DNA from: Gammaproteobacteria bacterium
GTDB taxonomy: Bacteria > Pseudomonadota > Gammaproteobacteria > UBA4575
DNA: 64,000 bases
Assembly: GCA_028279275.1 (NCBI GenBank)
Contig: JANQOB010000009.1
Location: 200,781 to 264,780, forward strand
Direction of reading: 5' to 3'
Part shown: piece after piece, positions 61,992-64,000 of the stretch
Numbering within the stretch: position 1 is the stretch's first letter
Layout: every line of letters begins with the position of its first letter
Program-made: the position numbers and the translations under genes
The notes under the pieces: model-generated
Database searches by the model: none
What the model saw: the letters and a program-made list of their open reading frames with translations, nothing else
Told to the model about the DNA's origin: nothing

Positions 61992-62456
61992 ATGACTACA
62001 CAAATACATCATCTAACTGCGAATGATGTAACAATCATGAGATCTATGCTGACCACCTTTGGTGAAGTATTCAATGATATGAATACCTATACTGAAATGC
62101 AGCCCAATTCAAACTACTTGGAAAAATTACTAAATAACGATTCATTTATCGCATTGGCCGCGTTAAAGAATAATAATGTTGTTGGTGCTATGGCAGCATA
62201 TGAGCTTGTAAAGTTTGAGCAAGAACGGAGTGAAATTTACATTTATGATCTTGCAGTAGATAAATCCCATCGGCGTAAAGGTATTGCAACAAGCTTGATA
62301 GAAGAGCTAAAAAATATTGCTGTTAAACGAGGAGCCTACGTAATTTTTGTTCAGGCTGACAAAGGTATTGAGGATGAACCAGCCATTGCTCTCTATAATA
62401 AACTTGGAGAAACTTGTGAAGACGTATTTCACTTCGATATTCAAGTTAATAATTAG
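61992..62456 (+). CDS. AAC(3)-I family aminoglycoside N-acetyltransferase homologue (GNAT)
   Basis: [25 protein letters not shown]...[10 protein letters not shown]...[10 protein letters not shown]...[18 protein letters not shown]. Confidence 0.88.
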   Translation: MTTQIHHLTANDVTIMRSMLTTFGEVFNDMNTYTEMQPNSNYLEKLLNNDSFIALAALKNNNVVGAMAAYELVKFEQERSEIYIYDLAVDKSHRRKGIATSLIEELKNIAVKRGAYVIFVQADKGIEDEPAIALYNKLGETCEDVFHFDIQVNN

Positions 62457-62486
62457 AAAGCAGATATTTAATTAGAGATTAATATC

Positions 62487-62927
62487 ATGAAAGATCTAAA
62501 AAAAATATTTCGTAACCTAGAAAAAGAAATGAGTCGATCAAGCTGGTTTGATGACGGCTGGGAAATTTACAACCGCGGTGTTTATTTGCAGCTATACAAG
62601 TTTAATTGGCATAACCATAATCAGGAAGGGATTCATTTTGAGACTTTTATAGAAGCTAGAGAAGTCAAACAAAAAGCATTCCCAATCTGTCTGCATGCGG
62701 AGCAGGATTGTCCTTCACAGAAGGAATTCGTTCAGGAGTTTTTAGTATTAGAAAAAGATCGTATAAACAACTGGAAGGGTTATCAGATCGGTGAGGGTTA
62801 CAATATTTGCAAAAGAAAGCTCCCTCTCAATTTTAAGAATCTAGAACAACGACTACTCGAAGAGTTCAATAGGCTTCGACAGTTAGAAAAGGGGATAGAA
62901 CAGGCATTAAGTCTGGTGCAAGCTTAG
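62487..62927 (+). CDS. hypothetical protein
   Basis: 146-aa co-oriented ORF. Confidence 0.7.
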   Translation: MKDLKKIFRNLEKEMSRSSWFDDGWEIYNRGVYLQLYKFNWHNHNQEGIHFETFIEAREVKQKAFPICLHAEQDCPSQKEFVQEFLVLEKDRINNWKGYQIGEGYNICKRKLPLNFKNLEQRLLEEFNRLRQLEKGIEQALSLVQA

Positions 62928-62974
62928 CTTGGTTAGCCTAATCAAGAGAGCGTTTTACATAAAGTAGTAAAACT

Positions 62975-63166
62975 ATGAAGCGGAAAAAAAGTCCATGTAT
63001 TGATGTATGCGAGTTTGCGGGCCCCAAAGGGTGGTGCCTGGGTTGCGGTCGAACGGAACAGGAATGTAATAAATGGAAGACAATGAAGCCATATGCTAGA
63101 AATGACCTTGAGAAAGAGCTTCATAGAAGAATGTGCAAGATGGCTGCTATTCGAATCGAGCGTTAA
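62975..63166 (+). CDS. DUF1289 family small Cys-rich protein
   Basis: SPCIDVC...WCLGCGRT..E...W. Confidence 0.8.
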   Translation: MKRKKSPCIDVCEFAGPKGWCLGCGRTEQECNKWKTMKPYARNDLEKELHRRMCKMAAIRIER

Positions 63167-63238
63167 CCAATCACTCAATCAGTTGGCGCGTAAAAATCAA
63201 TGTTGGCCATTTGCTAGCAATTGGTTTCTTTCAAATCA

Positions 63239-64000
63239 ATGAATAATTTAACTGAGTCCACAGAAGAAGATGTTATACGCAGTTGGCATGATCGAGCCCA
63301 AGCGTACGACAATCTAATTGGACGATGGCCAATTTTTACATCGATGGCAGACCGACTTTTGGAATGTATTTTCGAGGAATTTAATGGGCATGCACTTGAT
63401 CTCGCTGGTGGAACTGGTCTAGTTGCCGAGCGATTGCTGAATAAGCATCCAAAAGCAAGCGTAACCTTGGTAGAGCCTGCAGCAGAAATGCGTGCATTGG
63501 CTGCCCGTCGCCTAGGTGATCAAGTTGAAATTAAGGATTTCACTAGCGACGAACTTGATAAGCTTGATGCCGTTTTCGATGCAGCATTTTGTAGTGCTTC
63601 ATTTCATTTAATGAACGAAAAAACTACTTTGCCGAGCGTGGCATCTGTCCTCCGTCAGGGATCTGTATTCTCTACTAATCTATGGGGACACTCCTTCGAT
63701 GAGGCGGTAGATTTGAATCAAAAAGTGGATTGGATGCAATTCTTGGATGAGGCACTTGCCGAATTTGATCAGCCACCGATGCATCGGCCCAAAAATCCTG
63801 CATACAGTATAAAAAGTGCAAAAGAACTAAGAAAAATTGGTGCGGTTTGTGGGCTTCATCTTTTTGAAAAGAAAATTGTGACTACCGAAATTGAGACACA
63901 ATTTAATATTGAATTCGCAGCTATGAATTCAAATTTTCTGAGTCAAGTTGAGACAGAAATTCGGACGCTTGTAATTGACCGAGCACTACAATTGTGTCGT
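63239..64000 (+). CDS. class I SAM-dependent methyltransferase (runs off window)
   Basis: Manual translation: MNNLTESTEEDVIRSWHDRAQAYD...ALDLAGGTGLVAERLL...TLVEPAAEM...FDAAFCSASFHL. Confidence 0.85.
   Translation, partial: MNNLTESTEEDVIRSWHDRAQAYDNLIGRWPIFTSMADRLLECIFEEFNGHALDLAGGTGLVAERLLNKHPKASVTLVEPAAEMRALAARRLGDQVEIKDFTSDELDKLDAVFDAAFCSASFHLMNEKTTLPSVASVLRQGSVFSTNLWGHSFDEAVDLNQKVDWMQFLDEALAEFDQPPMHRPKNPAYSIKSAKELRKIGAVCGLHLFEKKIVTTEIETQFNIEFAAMNSNFLSQVETEIRTLVIDRALQLCR

Noticed and set aside
61838..62026. 62-aa ORF upstream of aac(3)-I
   Set aside because: It translates the palindromic repeat element and overlaps the aac start.
63160..63200. GTTAACCAATCACTCAA after DUF1289 resembling the left half of an attC
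   Set aside because: No complementary L'/R' (GTTRRRY) arm found and no intI in the window; at most a remnant.

Overview
AT-rich chromosomal segment of a Gammaproteobacterium, inferred from gene content and order. The backbone is mostly housekeeping: metY (5' part), rnd, mreBCD, gatCAB, prmC-prfA-hemA, TPR-lolB-ispE-tRNA-Gln, ppsA/ppsR, prs-rplY-pth-ychF-tRNA-Met, pckG, mazG, nadC, argDF, grxD, rnt, argG, mlaA and folE. Accessory genes lie after tRNA-Gln, after tRNA-Met and after folE. The strongest signals are non-coding. There are three SAM-II riboswitch aptamers whose switching pairings can be read from the sequence. One sits before metY and appears to act through an unannotated 39-aa leader ORF that overlaps the metY start. 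Two lie in tandem (terminator switch, then RBS switch) before a 150-aa protein of unknown function, in a unit bracketed by a 12-bp repeat. A c-di-GMP-I riboswitch precedes a secreted pilin-like gene next to an RHH-EAL/GGDEF-GGDEF operon. Other items of note: a protein with three fused PII-like domains paired with a fused double-DUF1538 membrane protein, an unannotated 46-aa ORF, an ATA start for mreC, an RPE-like palindromic element inside gatCAB, and a chromosomal AAC(3)-I homologue. All family assignments come from motif recognition by eye; no searches or folding programs were run.
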